Source of the DNA: Macrostomum lignano
Taxonomy: Eukaryota
DNA: 64,000 nucleotides
Direction of reading: 5' to 3'
Assembly (NCBI GenBank): GCA_002269645.1
Contig: NIVC01002196.1
Span: 103,201 to 167,200 of the forward strand
The notes beneath the pieces were generated by a model, which ran no database searches, was not told where the DNA came from, and worked only from the letters and a program-made list of their open reading frames with translations. Both the position numbers and the translations under genes were made by a program. Of this stretch, positions 1 through 12,300 are shown piece by piece (within the stretch, counting starts at the first letter, position 1; each line of letters starts with the position of its first letter).

Positions 1-741
1 GCCCAACCTGCAACACTTCCCCTCTAGATCCAGCCTGTGACACTTCCCCTCTAGACAAACCTATGACACTTCCCTTCTAGACCCAGCCTGTGACCCTTCC
101 CTTCTAAACCCATCCTGTGACACTTCCTTTCTAGGCCCAACCTGCAACACTTCCCTCTAGATCCAGCCTGTGACACTTCCCCTCTAGACAAACCTATGAC
201 ACTTCCCCTCTAGACCCAACCTGTGACACTTCCCTTCTAGACCCAGCCTGTGACCCTTCCCTTCTAGACCCAGCCTGTGACACTTCCCCTCTAGACCCAG
301 CCTGTGACACTTCCCTTCCAGACCCAACCTGTGACACTTCCCTTCTAGACCCAACCTGTGACACTTCCCTTCCAGACCCAACCTTGTGACACTTCCCTTC
401 CAGACCCAACCTGTGACACTTCCCTTCTAGACCCAACCTGTGACACTTCCCTTCTAGACCTAACCTGTGACACTTCCCTTCCAGACCCAACCTTGTGACA
501 CTTCCCTTCCAGACCCAACCTGTGACACTTCCCTTCTAGACCTAACCTGTGACACTTCCCTTCTAGACCCAGCCTGTGACACTGCTCTTCTAGACCCATC
601 CTGTGACACTGCCCTTCTAGACCCATCCTGTGACACTTCCCCTCTAGACCCAGCCTGTGACACTTTCCTTCTAAACCCAAACTGTGACACTTCCCTTCTA
701 GACCCAGCCTGCAACACTTCCCCTCTAGACCCAACCTGTGA
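1..741. repeat. 27-bp tandem minisatellite (GACACTTCCCTTCTAGACCCAACCTGT), ~27 copies, truncated by window start
   Basis: Unit read directly; the 9-aa periodicity (LGLEGKCHR) in shadow ORFs confirms 27 bp. Confidence 0.95.
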
Positions 742-2151
742 CTGTTAAAATAATAATCCTGCCTTTGAATAGGAATTCTAGCCAATACAGCTTTGTAAAT
801 TTGGTGCTAGGTTTTGATGTACATTTAACAAGACGACAGGAGCAACTATACACATATTTGAGAGCAGCCGTGCCTAGAGTTGTTTGCTGAGCAGAGAGGA
901 ACAAATGAAAAATATTGGTGGATGAGAATGGATTCAGAGCCAAGCTCTTTTAGAATGTAGCCTGTTGACTCACGCAGTGTGTTTCAGTTTCAGCTGCAGT
1001 CTAAACCCACCACCTCCGCCCCCCCTGCGCATACGCTCGTAGCTACCCCAAATGCAACCGCTGCAGTATGGCTCATCGCCCAGTTCCAGAGAATGTGAAA
1101 GGTTGGGAAATGGAGGCAGGGAGGGAGGCAGCAATCCCATTACCCTAGCTATTCCATTGTGATCCCAGAGTGGCTCCTTCACCCGCTCACGGCCTTTACT
1201 GCATCCAAAGAGAGGGAGAGTGGGAGAGATTGCCTATGAGAATGTGGATGGAGGGGGTGCATTGGATTGCATTGGATTCTTTAACGCGCCAAATTCAGGA
1301 ATTAGCTATGTACTTCTCGCCACGGTCTCGGGAGGGGGGCAGCCCGGGTTGACAGGAAGGATTTGAAACAGGAATTGGGAGACGATGCAGAGAGAGCGAT
1401 GGTGTTGAGAGCAAGAATAGGTGGTGGCTGCACTGAATCGACGGGCGCAAGGGTCCTCTACCATTGGCTAGGGCTCCCCCCGTAAATGCTTAGTTGTTTG
1501 GAGGATCCAAACTCAGTAGTTTGATGGGCCTGAGAATTCGCTCTGACAAATTCCTATCCTAGCCACCGTTCCTCTTCCTCTCTCGCTCCTCTCTCTTTCT
1601 TTCTCTTCATCAACAGTCGCGCTTCTCATTTTGGCTTTCCCTCCCCAAAGCCATCTCAGAGCTGCGCCTAACTGTACAGGTCTTATCCCACAAAAGCCCC
1701 ACCTCAGGATCTATTCCCTCATCGCTCACTCCCTGCTTCCCTCCCTCACTCTGCAGCAGCCATCAGCAACCATCCGAGTGCCATCAACCGCGCCCACCCC
1801 TGCGCCCAGTCCCGTGCATCAAATCCAGCCAACCTCGTACAAGAGTGAGGGAGCAGGAGAGGGAGGATGAAGTAATAAAGAATTGCTGCGAAATAGAGAC
1901 AGGAAAGAGGGAGACGAGAGACAGCTATCATAGCCTGGCCTCGCCAGCTGTTGCCCCAGCCGTCTTTGTCAGAACAAGAGACTTCTCAATCTGAGCCGCC
2001 CGACAGTCAAGACGAAATCCTCGGATACCTTCCAGCTTCCCTTGGTTCAAGGGGCCGAGGGAGTCTAATGCAGGGCGGCGACTTCCCTGTCTGACCTGTT
2101 CTCCCTGCCTCACTTGTTCACTCCACTCTCTGTGTGAGCCGGCCCGCCGCC

Positions 2152-3770
2152 ATGGAGGTGGCCATGGCAGGCATCGAGCAGGGGAACGGTGGCCCCGGCA
2201 GCTACATGGGCCAGCGTGGCAGAGTCAGCGAACTAGCCCACCTGCATGTGCCCTATTCCAGGTCTTTTCCAAAAATGACGGAGGACACGAGCCAGCAGCA
2301 TCAACAACAACTGATGCTGGACCGCGAGGACAATCGTTCGGCATTCGACTACGACTGCGAGCGTGTGGTCATCAATGTCAGCGGGCTGCGCTTTGAAACG
2401 CAGCTGAAGACACTCAATCAGTTCCCGGACACTCTACTGGGCAACTCGCAGAAGCGCAATCGTTACTACGACCCTCTACGCAACGAATACTTCTTCGACC
2501 GTAATCGGCCGTCATTCGACGCCATTCTGTACTTTTATCAGAGCGGCGGGCGACTAAGAAGGCCAGTCAACGTTCCAATTGACGTTTTCTCGGAGGAGAT
2601 TCGGTTCTACGAGCTTGGAGAAGAGGCCATCGAAAAGTACCGCGACGATGAAGGCTTTATTAAAGAGGAGGTGAAGGTACTACCGAGAACGAGTTCCAAC
2701 GCAAGGTTTGGTTGCTTTTCGAATACCCCAGAGCTCCATGGCAGCTCGTGTTATTGCCATTATTTCAGTGTGCGTCATCCTGCTCAGCATAGTAATTTTC
2801 TGCGTGGAAACGCTGCCTCACTTCCGACGCTACAAGGTTGTCAACAGTAGCTTTGGTAATACCACGTATGGCCAGGTAATCGAGGAGGACGACATACCGC
2901 AGTTTGGCGAGCCTTCTTCATCATAGAGACCATCTGCATAGTATGGTTCACCTTCGAGCTGATGGTTCGGTTCGCGTCCTCACCGGAGAAACTTGGCTTT
3001 TTTAAGAACATAATGAACTCCATCGATATCGTAGCCATCATTCCCTACTTCATCACGCTGGGCACGGTGATTGCCGATGACAGCCGCAGTAACCAAGCAA
3101 TGTCACTGGCCATCCTCCGGGTGATTCGGCTTGTCCGCGTTTTTCGCATCTTCAAGCTCAGCCGACACTTCAAAGGCCTGCAGATTCTCGGCCAGACGCT
3201 TAAAGCTTCCGTTCGAGAGCTGGGCCTCCTGGTGTTCTCTTATTCATCAGCGTGATTCTGTTCTCCTCAGCCGTCTACTTCGCCGAAGCGGACTCTACGA
3301 AGTCGCATTTTGACTCCATCCCGTCGGCATTCTGGTGGCAGTAGTAACCATGACGACAGTAGGCTACGGCGACATGCGCCCCGTAACCGTCTGGGGCAAG
3401 CTAGTAGGCTCCTTGTGCGCCATCGCAGGCGTCCTGACGATTGCCCTGCCCGTACCCGTCATCGTGTCCAACTTCAACTACTTCTATCACCGGGAGACGG
3501 AGTCGGAGGACAAACAGACCTACGTGCATGTGCAGTCCTGCCCTCCTACAGAGACGGCGGTAAGAAGAACTCGCTGGTGTCTGCCAGCCGAGTGTCGGAG
3601 GCCTCCGAGGTGGACCTGGCCACGGAGGGACACTTCCTCATGCAGGATCAGCCGCAGCAGCAGGCGAGTAATCAAAGCACGAAACAGAACCACGCAGGCA
3701 AGCTGCAGGCGCCCAACAGAATTCTTCCAGCAGGGGCAACACAACAGCATGCTTTGAGACAGACGTCTGA
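2152..3770 (+). CDS. Shaker: Shaker/Kv1 voltage-gated potassium channel alpha subunit, intronless CDS; broken by ~7 single-base deletions (probable assembly errors)
   Basis: Kozak gccgccATGG at 2152. N-terminus MEVAMAGIE; T1 domain [28 protein letters not shown]; S1 [10 protein letters not shown]; S4 [19 protein letters not shown]; pore [16 protein letters not shown]; S6 [23 protein letters not shown]; C-terminal ETDV-TGA at 3768-3770. The pieces lie in successive frames joined by -1 shifts at ~2685, 2730, 2913, 3238, 3338, 3542 and within 3700-3755. Confidence 0.95.
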
Positions 3771-6700
3771 CCTCTGGCTTAAGCAGCTTCCGCCAACCTG
3801 TCCTCTTCCCTTCCACACGCCTACTCGGCTCTTCCTGCAGTACGTGGGGACTGTACATACATACAGGTGAGTTGCTATCTTTCGTTATGATTTAAAGTTG
3901 TTAAGTTTTTAATAGTTTTTAAGCTTTATAATAACGTACATTTTTGCCAAAATGGAACAAAGTAAACGATGCAGCATGCATAACTATTGTGACTGTATTG
4001 TAGTTAGACATCGAAATTAAACAGCCCAATCGAAAGCTCATTGTTGGCTCGCTTTAGCCTATGGTCTAGCAGGCAGAATTGATGCAAAAATCCCGTAAAC
4101 GCAAACTAGATACCTGTACTTTTAGTACGGGCAATGTCGGGTACTCGACTACATAGTATACTGTACTCAAGTGCATTCATCCACATTTGCATGCGAACTA
4201 ATGTGCTCATTTGTATTCCCCTTCAAGAATTCTTGTGCTTTAATGATTTGGTGGAATGAAGGGCGATGCTGAATAATTAAGAATAAGCCGGAGGAAGAAT
4301 GTGGGAAATGGGAAGCCGGGAGAGGCAGGGAGCGGGGAAGAATAGATATACTAAAAATAAATACGCCCAGCAACCGCCAACTTTTGCATCCAGCGCATCC
4401 AGGGAGCAGAGCAGAGAGCTGGCTACAGTGAGGGACCAGGATGTACTGGGTGGCTAACTTTCATTATAAATTCAGCCAATCCCGGAAGTGCCAGCTATTC
4501 ACTGTAAAAATAATGAGCACCAAAGTCCCAAACCGGCTCCAGCGCAGGAAGTGTGGCCTAGGCCTACAGTCCCAGCCTCAAGTGCAAACAGAGGGGTGCT
4601 CACTCAGTCACTCACGCTGGGAGGCGCGGCTAAGTGTGAAGGCTAGTTTCCTCTTTAAATATGAGCCTTACTTCATCAAAACTTCGTATAAAACACATGC
4701 ATAAATACAAGTCCATGCAGCTTCAGATATGTGAGGGTGAAGGGGGGGTTAAAACTTTGGTCCCCGGCAGGCCCTGAGGGCGCAGAGACCTTTGCTGAAA
4801 TAACCTGGGTGCGTGTGCGATAGTGTCAGAAAAAATGAGCATACGAGGAGACTGCCTGCCCCCCCCTCACTAGCTGAATTCTCCTGAGAATACTCGGCGC
4901 CCCTGTTCTGTTCCGGCTCTCCCCCATCCTCACAACACGTACTCAATTTTTCTTACGCACTTATCTCGACTTTCACTTTTGCCGCTCGCATCCAGCTTTT
5001 GTTTCCTATCGTCCCTCCCCTCGTTCACGATCTGTAACTATTGCAGCAGTATTATATATTATTTTGCCGCAAAAACTTATATTTTTACATTCGACGCTTT
5101 AGTTGCCATAATCCCCAAGGCAACGGCGCTATATATGTATTGTAGTGATCATATTCCGAGTAAGCAGCAAGGAGCAAGGAGCGAGTACTTATCGAGATGA
5201 ATTCATGACGGCTGTCCGTAGAAACGCCTTTCTGCCATTTATTGATAAAAGCAGGCTAAAAAGGTTGGCCTGATTCTTTCCGGAGGGGTCAATACTGACC
5301 TGGGGGGTCCCAGATTTGACATGCAACTGGCGCATTTAGCGTCCATGCTAAGTGTACTCTGCTACTCACATGAGCCGGCCTTATCACCATCTCTCTTCCC
5401 CATCTCTTTTTCAATCGATTTTTTCTCCCTCGAAACTTCCGCTTTTCATTCCATCTAATCCTCACTGCCTCTCTCTCTTAATCTCTCTTCCTGCTCCCCG
5501 GTTTCTCTCCTTGCAGTTGTGTGCAAACTTTGCTGCCAGTAGCTGGTCCCTGGCGATACGCGTGCGCCCTGAGGTTTGGGCTGTCATAGACGGCGCATGA
5601 TTAGAATTGGGTGCTGTATTGGGCGACAGCTGCGCAGATGCCTGTCACAGGGGAGCCAGCAGTTTCTGTCCAAAGCCCACTAGCTCTGCTTGGCGAATGA
5701 TTCCTAGTTAGTAACTTGCTCGCTGTTTGGTCTCCCTGGGAATAGACTTGTAAACGCGATTTGCTTGTCTAAGTCCATCTATAGAATACTAATTTGTGCA
5801 AAAAGCAAATCCACGGATTTCTATTCCGCCTAGGCCTCCGAGTGCATATGATTAAAATTGATGACCAGATTCTTTACAATTAGCTATTCCAAAGCATGCT
5901 CAGAAATTTCCCCATTCAATTTAGTCTTTGAAGGCGATTCTATTCAAACTTAATATCCAGATTTTTGCGTAGACTTAGATGGCAACTTAATGCACGTTTC
6001 TACATCCCATTGTTGAAATTAAATTTTATGAGTAACAGCTAAGAAGCCATGCACGCGAAAGTGAAATTATTATAGAACTAATAATGTACTTTCACCGTAA
6101 ATTCATCGAGGTCTTTTTATCTCTTTTTAATCAACGGTTCTTTACAGCTTCTAGTTAGATGATAAGGAAGTCGAGAAAATCAGGGCCACCGTATACCCTG
6201 TGTGAGTGTGTTGATCGTAGCCAAATGCCCACTGGTATTAAGTAAACTCAATCTACTAGAAATGACCCGTACAGCATGTTTCTTTGAGCTCGACAGAGCG
6301 GAAAAGTGCACTGGAGCCATCTGCAAGCGAAAGCAATTCAGTAATTCGACATCCACAACTCTTTAATAATTTTAGATACACCCGATAAGCCCCCCGAGGC
6401 CGATCAAACACCAGTTCGTGTATCGCGAACAGCCAATCGACAGCTGCAGCTCACAGGGCCCAGCCTGTCCAAGTACCTGTCTTGGCGTCCGGTACATGGG
6501 TCTGCTGCACTTCATTCTGCAGTCGGTCGGTCCGATTCACCCTCGGTTCTTTCAAGTAACAAGCAAAATGCAGCGCGGCACACAGAGAAAATTTTGGTTG
6601 TTCAAGAAGATTCCCAACGAATTAAGAGTTTGAAGAGGGACGTACGTGAATTATTTGGGGAAAAACTCTGCGTCGCTGCGTACCTGAACGAAACGATAAG

Positions 6701-7725
6701 GTTAGACTGGAAAACTATATAGCTCGTAGTTTCTGCAACAGAAATTCGAGTTTTGTTTCTTGGAATTTCTCGAATACATTTTTGGAGCAAATAAACCATA
6801 GCTGGGTGTATAAACGAATATATGTCTCTGTGGTGGCATGTAAAATCATAATTTGGGTCTAGAATAAATTAATTCGTCAACCCAAACAAAGTTAGTTACT
6901 GGGTCCTTCACTGATACCCAACAGAAGCCAAATAACCGTCCATGTTGGCAGCGACACAGTCGGTAGAGATAAATATTCGATACTTCACACAAGTAACGTA
7001 TTAAACAAAACTGCCTATTAAGCTTTATCTTGCACGTTTTGTAAAAATGAACTATTAATTATTCCTCTCGATCTGATTATCAACGATTTTCTGAAGCGTT
7101 GCAACCCTGTGCGTTCTTAGAGAATCCGCTTGGAATGCATAAAGCTTTCTTAGCTCGCTAACACAGGCCCGAGCAGATTGAGCAGCTACACATCTCTTCT
7201 ATGTTCGTGATTTATTTTAAAGCCTTGAAAGAATTGCTTCTAGCAAAGTTGTCTATTTCTTTTTTCCTGGCTTCCCGACCCTTAATTAGGGCTTGCTGTG
7301 TAATGGATTGTTAGACAACATTTAGAAACAATTATGTAATGCAATTTGTAGGAAATTATTCGCTATCACTTATTGTGACTGGTTAATGCTGCTGTCATCA
7401 TGCAGGCATTAGTTAAAGAATTAGCGTTAGTATGAATAGGTAACTTGCATTTGGGTTCCAACATTCACTTGATTCGTTTTTTCAACTAGCTAGCTTAAAA
7501 AATCTCAAACTACCGAATCGCCGGGTTTTGTTTGCTTATTCAGAACAGGTCCTGCAGTAAAAAACTGCGTTTAGTCTGTCACATCGCGGGCAAGAAATTT
7601 TCTACCTCGGTGCTTATGTTAGTTTCATTTGATTTCCTCCTTAATTTTATGCTACCCCTTGAAATTCCTTAAATTAAAGAGTAGCCCCTGCTGAACAAAC
7701 ATGCCTATGATATGGTTTCACTTGG

Positions 7726-8259
7726 TGTACACTGTTCTCTCTTGTCCCGAGAAGCAGCTTAGACCTCTCCCCGATAGTACACTGGTTTGTTCTCTCTCGT
7801 CCCCGAGAAGCAGCTATTGGCTCTCCCCCATTGTGCACTGGTTTGTTCTCTCTCGTCCCCGAGAAGCAGCTATAGGCTCTCCCCCATTGTACACTGGTTT
7901 GTTCTCTCTCGTCCCCGAGAAGCAGCTATAGGCTCCCCCATTGTACACTGGTTTGTTCTCTCTCGTCCCCGAGAAGCAGCTATAGGCTCTCCCCCATTGT
8001 ACACTGGTTTGTTCTCTCTCGTCCCCGAGAAGCAGCTATAGGCTCTCCCCCATTGTACACTGGTTTGTTCTCTCTCGTCCCCGAGAAGCAGCTATAGGCT
8101 CTCCCCCATTGTACACTGGTTTGTTCTCTCTCGTCCCCGAGAAGCAGCTATAGGCTCTCCCCCATTGTGCACTGGTTTGTTCTCTCTCGTCCCCGAGAAG
8201 CAGCTATAGGCTCTCCCCCATTGTACACTGGTTTGTTCTCTCTCGTCCCCGACAAGCAG
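7726..8259. repeat. 56-bp tandem repeat (TGTACACTGGTTTGTTCTCTCTCGTCCCCGAGAAGCAGCTATAGGCTCTCCCCCAT), ~9.5 copies
   Basis: GTRCACTGG recurs at 7777, 7833, 7889 and onward; the units are near-identical with no unique spacers. Confidence 0.95.
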
Positions 8260-9287
8260 TTAGTTATACGCTCACATAGACTAGGTTTGTTCAGAAGGTA
8301 CATATAGTAGCTTTATATTAAAAATGCTATGGCCAAAAGTAGGAATTCATGCTATCATTAACTGTATAGCTTGCATTGGCCAAACGAAACCGATCAACAA
8401 AAGCTAGCTATAGTTTTATACCGGTCAAGAATTAGTGCGATGGTCTTGCAGAAGAGTCTTTTCCATCTCTACATGTACTGCAACATTATAAACTAAATGT
8501 GTATCTCAGCGCGTATTTTTTTCGTTTTTTGTCTATTTTCGCTGTTCTGCTACATTTTTGTGCGTCTTCATTGGCAGCCTGCTTGCCTATAGAGGACTGG
8601 TTAACCGTGAGCAGGCATTTAGCAAAACTGTCAAACAAGGCGAGTTCAATAGAATCATGCTAGCGCGGTATGAGAAGCCGATTGTCGGGTTGCAGTGTTA
8701 GCAACTCTCTATGCAACATGAGACAAGGCAGTCGGTGTTAAACTCTGCTGAAATGACAGTGTCTTTATATACAACCTACCCGTTTCCCAACTTTCTGTCT
8801 CTCGATTGTCTGCTTTTGTCAGTATTAAAGCACTGTGTAAATTTATGGAATAAATAAACAGGGTGCGTGCACATCACACACTACTGGCAATAGCACTCAT
8901 AAGTCAGGAAAAGCCTTAACTTCTTTGCCTATCTTTTGGGACTCTTTCAGAGTTTTATAAATAGTGAGCTTCATAGCGAGTGTGACAATGTCTGGTGCTG
9001 AAAGCAGAAAGTGAGGCAAAGTCTGGCGCGTGGATTCTACACATAGTTATCCGGTATGGCAGATTACATACGGAGCGCTTTTATTTTTTCTCCAGCATTA
9101 GGAGTGAACTTTGTGTGTGTTTTCCCGCAAGCTCATACTTTCAACAAGATGAAAGGTTTATCTCGTGTACTACTTTAGCAAATGAGCATCATAGGGAGTT
9201 AAAGAACGAAAAAGAGATGAGCTTTTTAGGATAGAGTGTTAAGGTTGCGTGACTGCGGTTCAGTACAAACTCATCGCTATTGCTGTC

Positions 9288-9351
9288 TCAGGCTGCGCGC
9301 TGGCTGGCTTTAGTCTTCGCGTTTCTCTCCACCGCATAGTTGACCAGCACC
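9288..9351 (-). CDS. Probable terminal exon of the uncharacterised gene
   Basis: Acceptor CAG at 9354-9352. As written it reads GAGQLCGGEKRED* (stop 9310-9312); removing one G of the GGG run gives VLVNYAVERNAKTKASQRAA* (stop 9288-9290). Confidence 0.4.
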
Positions 9352-12300
9352 CTGCAGCGGAATTTGGTTGGAATTTGGTTGGGATTAGGCCAGGATTAGC
9401 TCGGGATTAGGTTGTGATTAGTTTGTGATTGTTTGGACTTAGGTTGCGATTAGGTCGGAATTAGGGTTGGATTAGGTTGGGATTAGCGAGAGAATAGGTT
9501 GGGATTAGGTTGGGATTAGGGTGGAATTAGGTTGGGATTAGGCTGGGATTAGTTCGGAATTAGGGTGGAATTAGGTTGGGATTAGGTTGGGATTAGGTTG
9601 AGATTAGATTGGGATTAAGTTAGGATTAGGTTGGGATTAGGTTGGGATTAGGTTGGGATTAGGCTGGGATTAGTTCGGAATTAGGGTGGAATTAGGTTGG
9701 GATTAGGTTGGGATTAGGTTGAGATTAGATTGGGATTAAGTTAGGATTAGGTTGGGATTAGGTTGGGATTAGGTTGGGATTAGGTTGGGATTAGAGTGGG
9801 ATTAGGGTGGAATTAGATTGAGAGTCAAGGTGGTTATGTACAGCCTGCTAGTCTATTTAAATGCAGCTCTCCAAAAGCAATAAAGTTTCAACTGATGAAA
9901 ACAAATAAACAATAAACTTACTCTGCTTCCTTTCGGTGGTGTTTCTGCAAGGTGAAAAGGGATGAGTGCAAATGTGACATATTCAGGTAAAACTCAATTA
10001 AGAATACAGACGTAGCAAATTAGTTGTAGCGACCAATTATATTTCAGGAGTGAAAGATGCAGAAAACGAGATTTACCTCCTTTAGCTTCTTAATCATGCG
10101 AGTCTGCTCCCGCTCGCCGATCTCAATCTTCTGCGGCCCGCCGGTCGGCTTGCTACCCTCGATGCTGTCCTTCAGGCTATGCCGCGTTATCAGGCGGTGC
10201 TTGTTCTCCTCCATGATGCGACGCGGCAGCTTATAGATTGGGTTCTGATAGATGAGTCGGTGTCGGAGCGATACCACGTGCTCCTCGTTGTCCATCCGGC
10301 GCTTGTAGCGTCTGCCGTAGCGGCTGGCGAAGGGCTCCTGCACCCGGTAGCGGCTGTGCGGCTTCACCCGGGTGCGCTTCGGCCAGCGGTTCACCTCGCG
10401 CTCAACAAACTTGCCATCCTGTTTGACAGGTTAGATTGGGGGTGCGGATGACATGCTCAATGACAACTGATATGGTAAGAAATCGACGATCTCGCGATCA
10501 GGATGTTGCACAGAGAAAGTTCTCTGAGGTCACCTGGCTGCAACAACTGCAGAAACGTTGTTCAACAACAGCTTGACTAGTCGCTACCATGAACTACGTA
10601 AAGACCTCATAAAGATTTGAAAATTAACTAGCAATCTGCACCCCCGTTCAGAGACAACAAAGAAAGAAATAAAAATGTTTGAGTTAACTACACGTAGGAA
10701 TTATGACCTTCTGCAGTCACCATTGATAATTTCTTAGGGGAAAACGATTCTTTAAGCAAAAAAAGCGTTCAATTCGATTGACTGCTCACACCCGCACTAT
10801 CATACACTTCGCTAGAGAGTGCAAGCAATAATCGACATAGGCGTAGGAACGTTTCAAAAAGTGGGGGGGGGCAGGTTCAGTGGCATATTTGAGGGGGGGG
10901 GGCGCACAGGGCGCACGCACCCGTCGAGTTTAGATTTTTTATATGGAAAATGCACATTACGCTCGTATCATGTACCGATTATTTTCAGAATCCATTTTGT
11001 CACCACTCATTTTATAAAGCGCCGCAAGCACTCATTTTAGCGCCGCAGGTACTCATTTTAGCGCCGCAGGTACTCATTTTAGCGCCGCAGGTACTCATTT
11101 TAGCGCCCAGGCACTCATTTTGGCGCCGCAGGCACTCATTTTAGCGCCACAGACACTCATTTTAGCGCCACAGACACTCATTTTAGCGCCACAGACACTC
11201 ATTTTAGCGCCGCAGGCACTCATTTTAGCGCCCCAGGCACTCATTTTGGCGCCGCAGGCACTCATTTTGGCGCCGCAGGCACTCATTTTAGCGCCACAGA
11301 CACTCATTTTAGCGCCGCAGGCACTCATTTTAGCGCCCCAGGCACTCATTTTGGCGCCGCAGGCACTCATTTTGGCGCCGCAGGCACTCATTTTAGCGCC
11401 ACAGACACTCATTTTAGCGCCGCAGGCACTCATTTTAGCGCCCCAGGCACTCATTTTGGCGCCGCAGGCACTCATTTTGGCGCCGCAGGCACTCATTTTG
11501 GCGCCGCAGGCACTCATTTTAGCGCCACAGACACTCATTTTAGCGCCGCAGGCACTCATTTTAGCGCCGCAGGCACTCATTTTAGCGCCGCAGGCACTCA
11601 TTTTAGCGCCGCAGGCACTCATTTTGGCGCCGCAGGCACTCATTTTAGCGCCGCAGGCACTCATTTTGGCGCTGCAGGCACTCATTTTAGCGCCACAGAC
11701 ACTCATTTTAGCGCCGCAGGCACTCATTTTAGCGCCGCAGGCACTCATTTTAGCGCCGCAGGCACTCATTTTAGCGCCGCAGGCACTCATTTTGGCGCCG
11801 CAGGCACTCATTTTAGCGCCGCAGGCACTCATTTTGGCGCTGCAGGCACTCATTTTAGCGCCACAGACACTCATTTTGGCGCCGCAGGCACTCATTTTGG
11901 CGCTGCAGGCACTCATTTTAGCGCCACAGACACTCATTATGGCGCCGCAGGCACTCATTTTGGCGCCGCAGGCACTCATTTTAGCGCCGCAAGCACTCAT
12001 TTTAGCGCCGCAGGCACTCATTTTGGCGCTGCAGGCACTCATTTTAGCGCCACAGACACTCATTTTGGCGCCGCAGGCACTCATTTTGGCGCCGCAGGCA
12101 CTCATTTTGGCGCCGCAGGCACTCATTTTGGCGCCGCAGGCACTCATTTTAGCGCCACAGACACTCATTTTGGCGCCGCAGGCACTCATTTTGGCGCCGC
12201 AGGCACTCATTTTAGCGCTATTTTTGTCGGCCTGTAGCAAAATGCATTCATGCAAAGCAGCAAAAACAAAAATAAGCAAAAAGTCTACATTTTACATTTA

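Noticed and set aside
2685-3755. Programmed ribosomal frameshifting or U-insertion editing as an explanation for the Kv1 and mGluR frame breaks
   Set aside because: Too many sites, no slippery heptamers or downstream structures, and the missing bases vary (G, C, T, A); consensus error is far more parsimonious.
6418-6799. Possible further exon of the minus-strand gene or a separate small ORF
   Set aside because: Candidate splice sites give stops in all frames or incompatible phase; no similarity recognised.
7726-8259. CRISPR-like regular array (also considered for 36477-37220)
   Set aside because: The whole unit is repeated with no unique spacers, there are no cas genes, and the context is eukaryotic.
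7726-8259. Hammerhead-ribozyme satellite as in schistosomes
   Set aside because: No CTGATGA/GAAA core on either strand of the unit.
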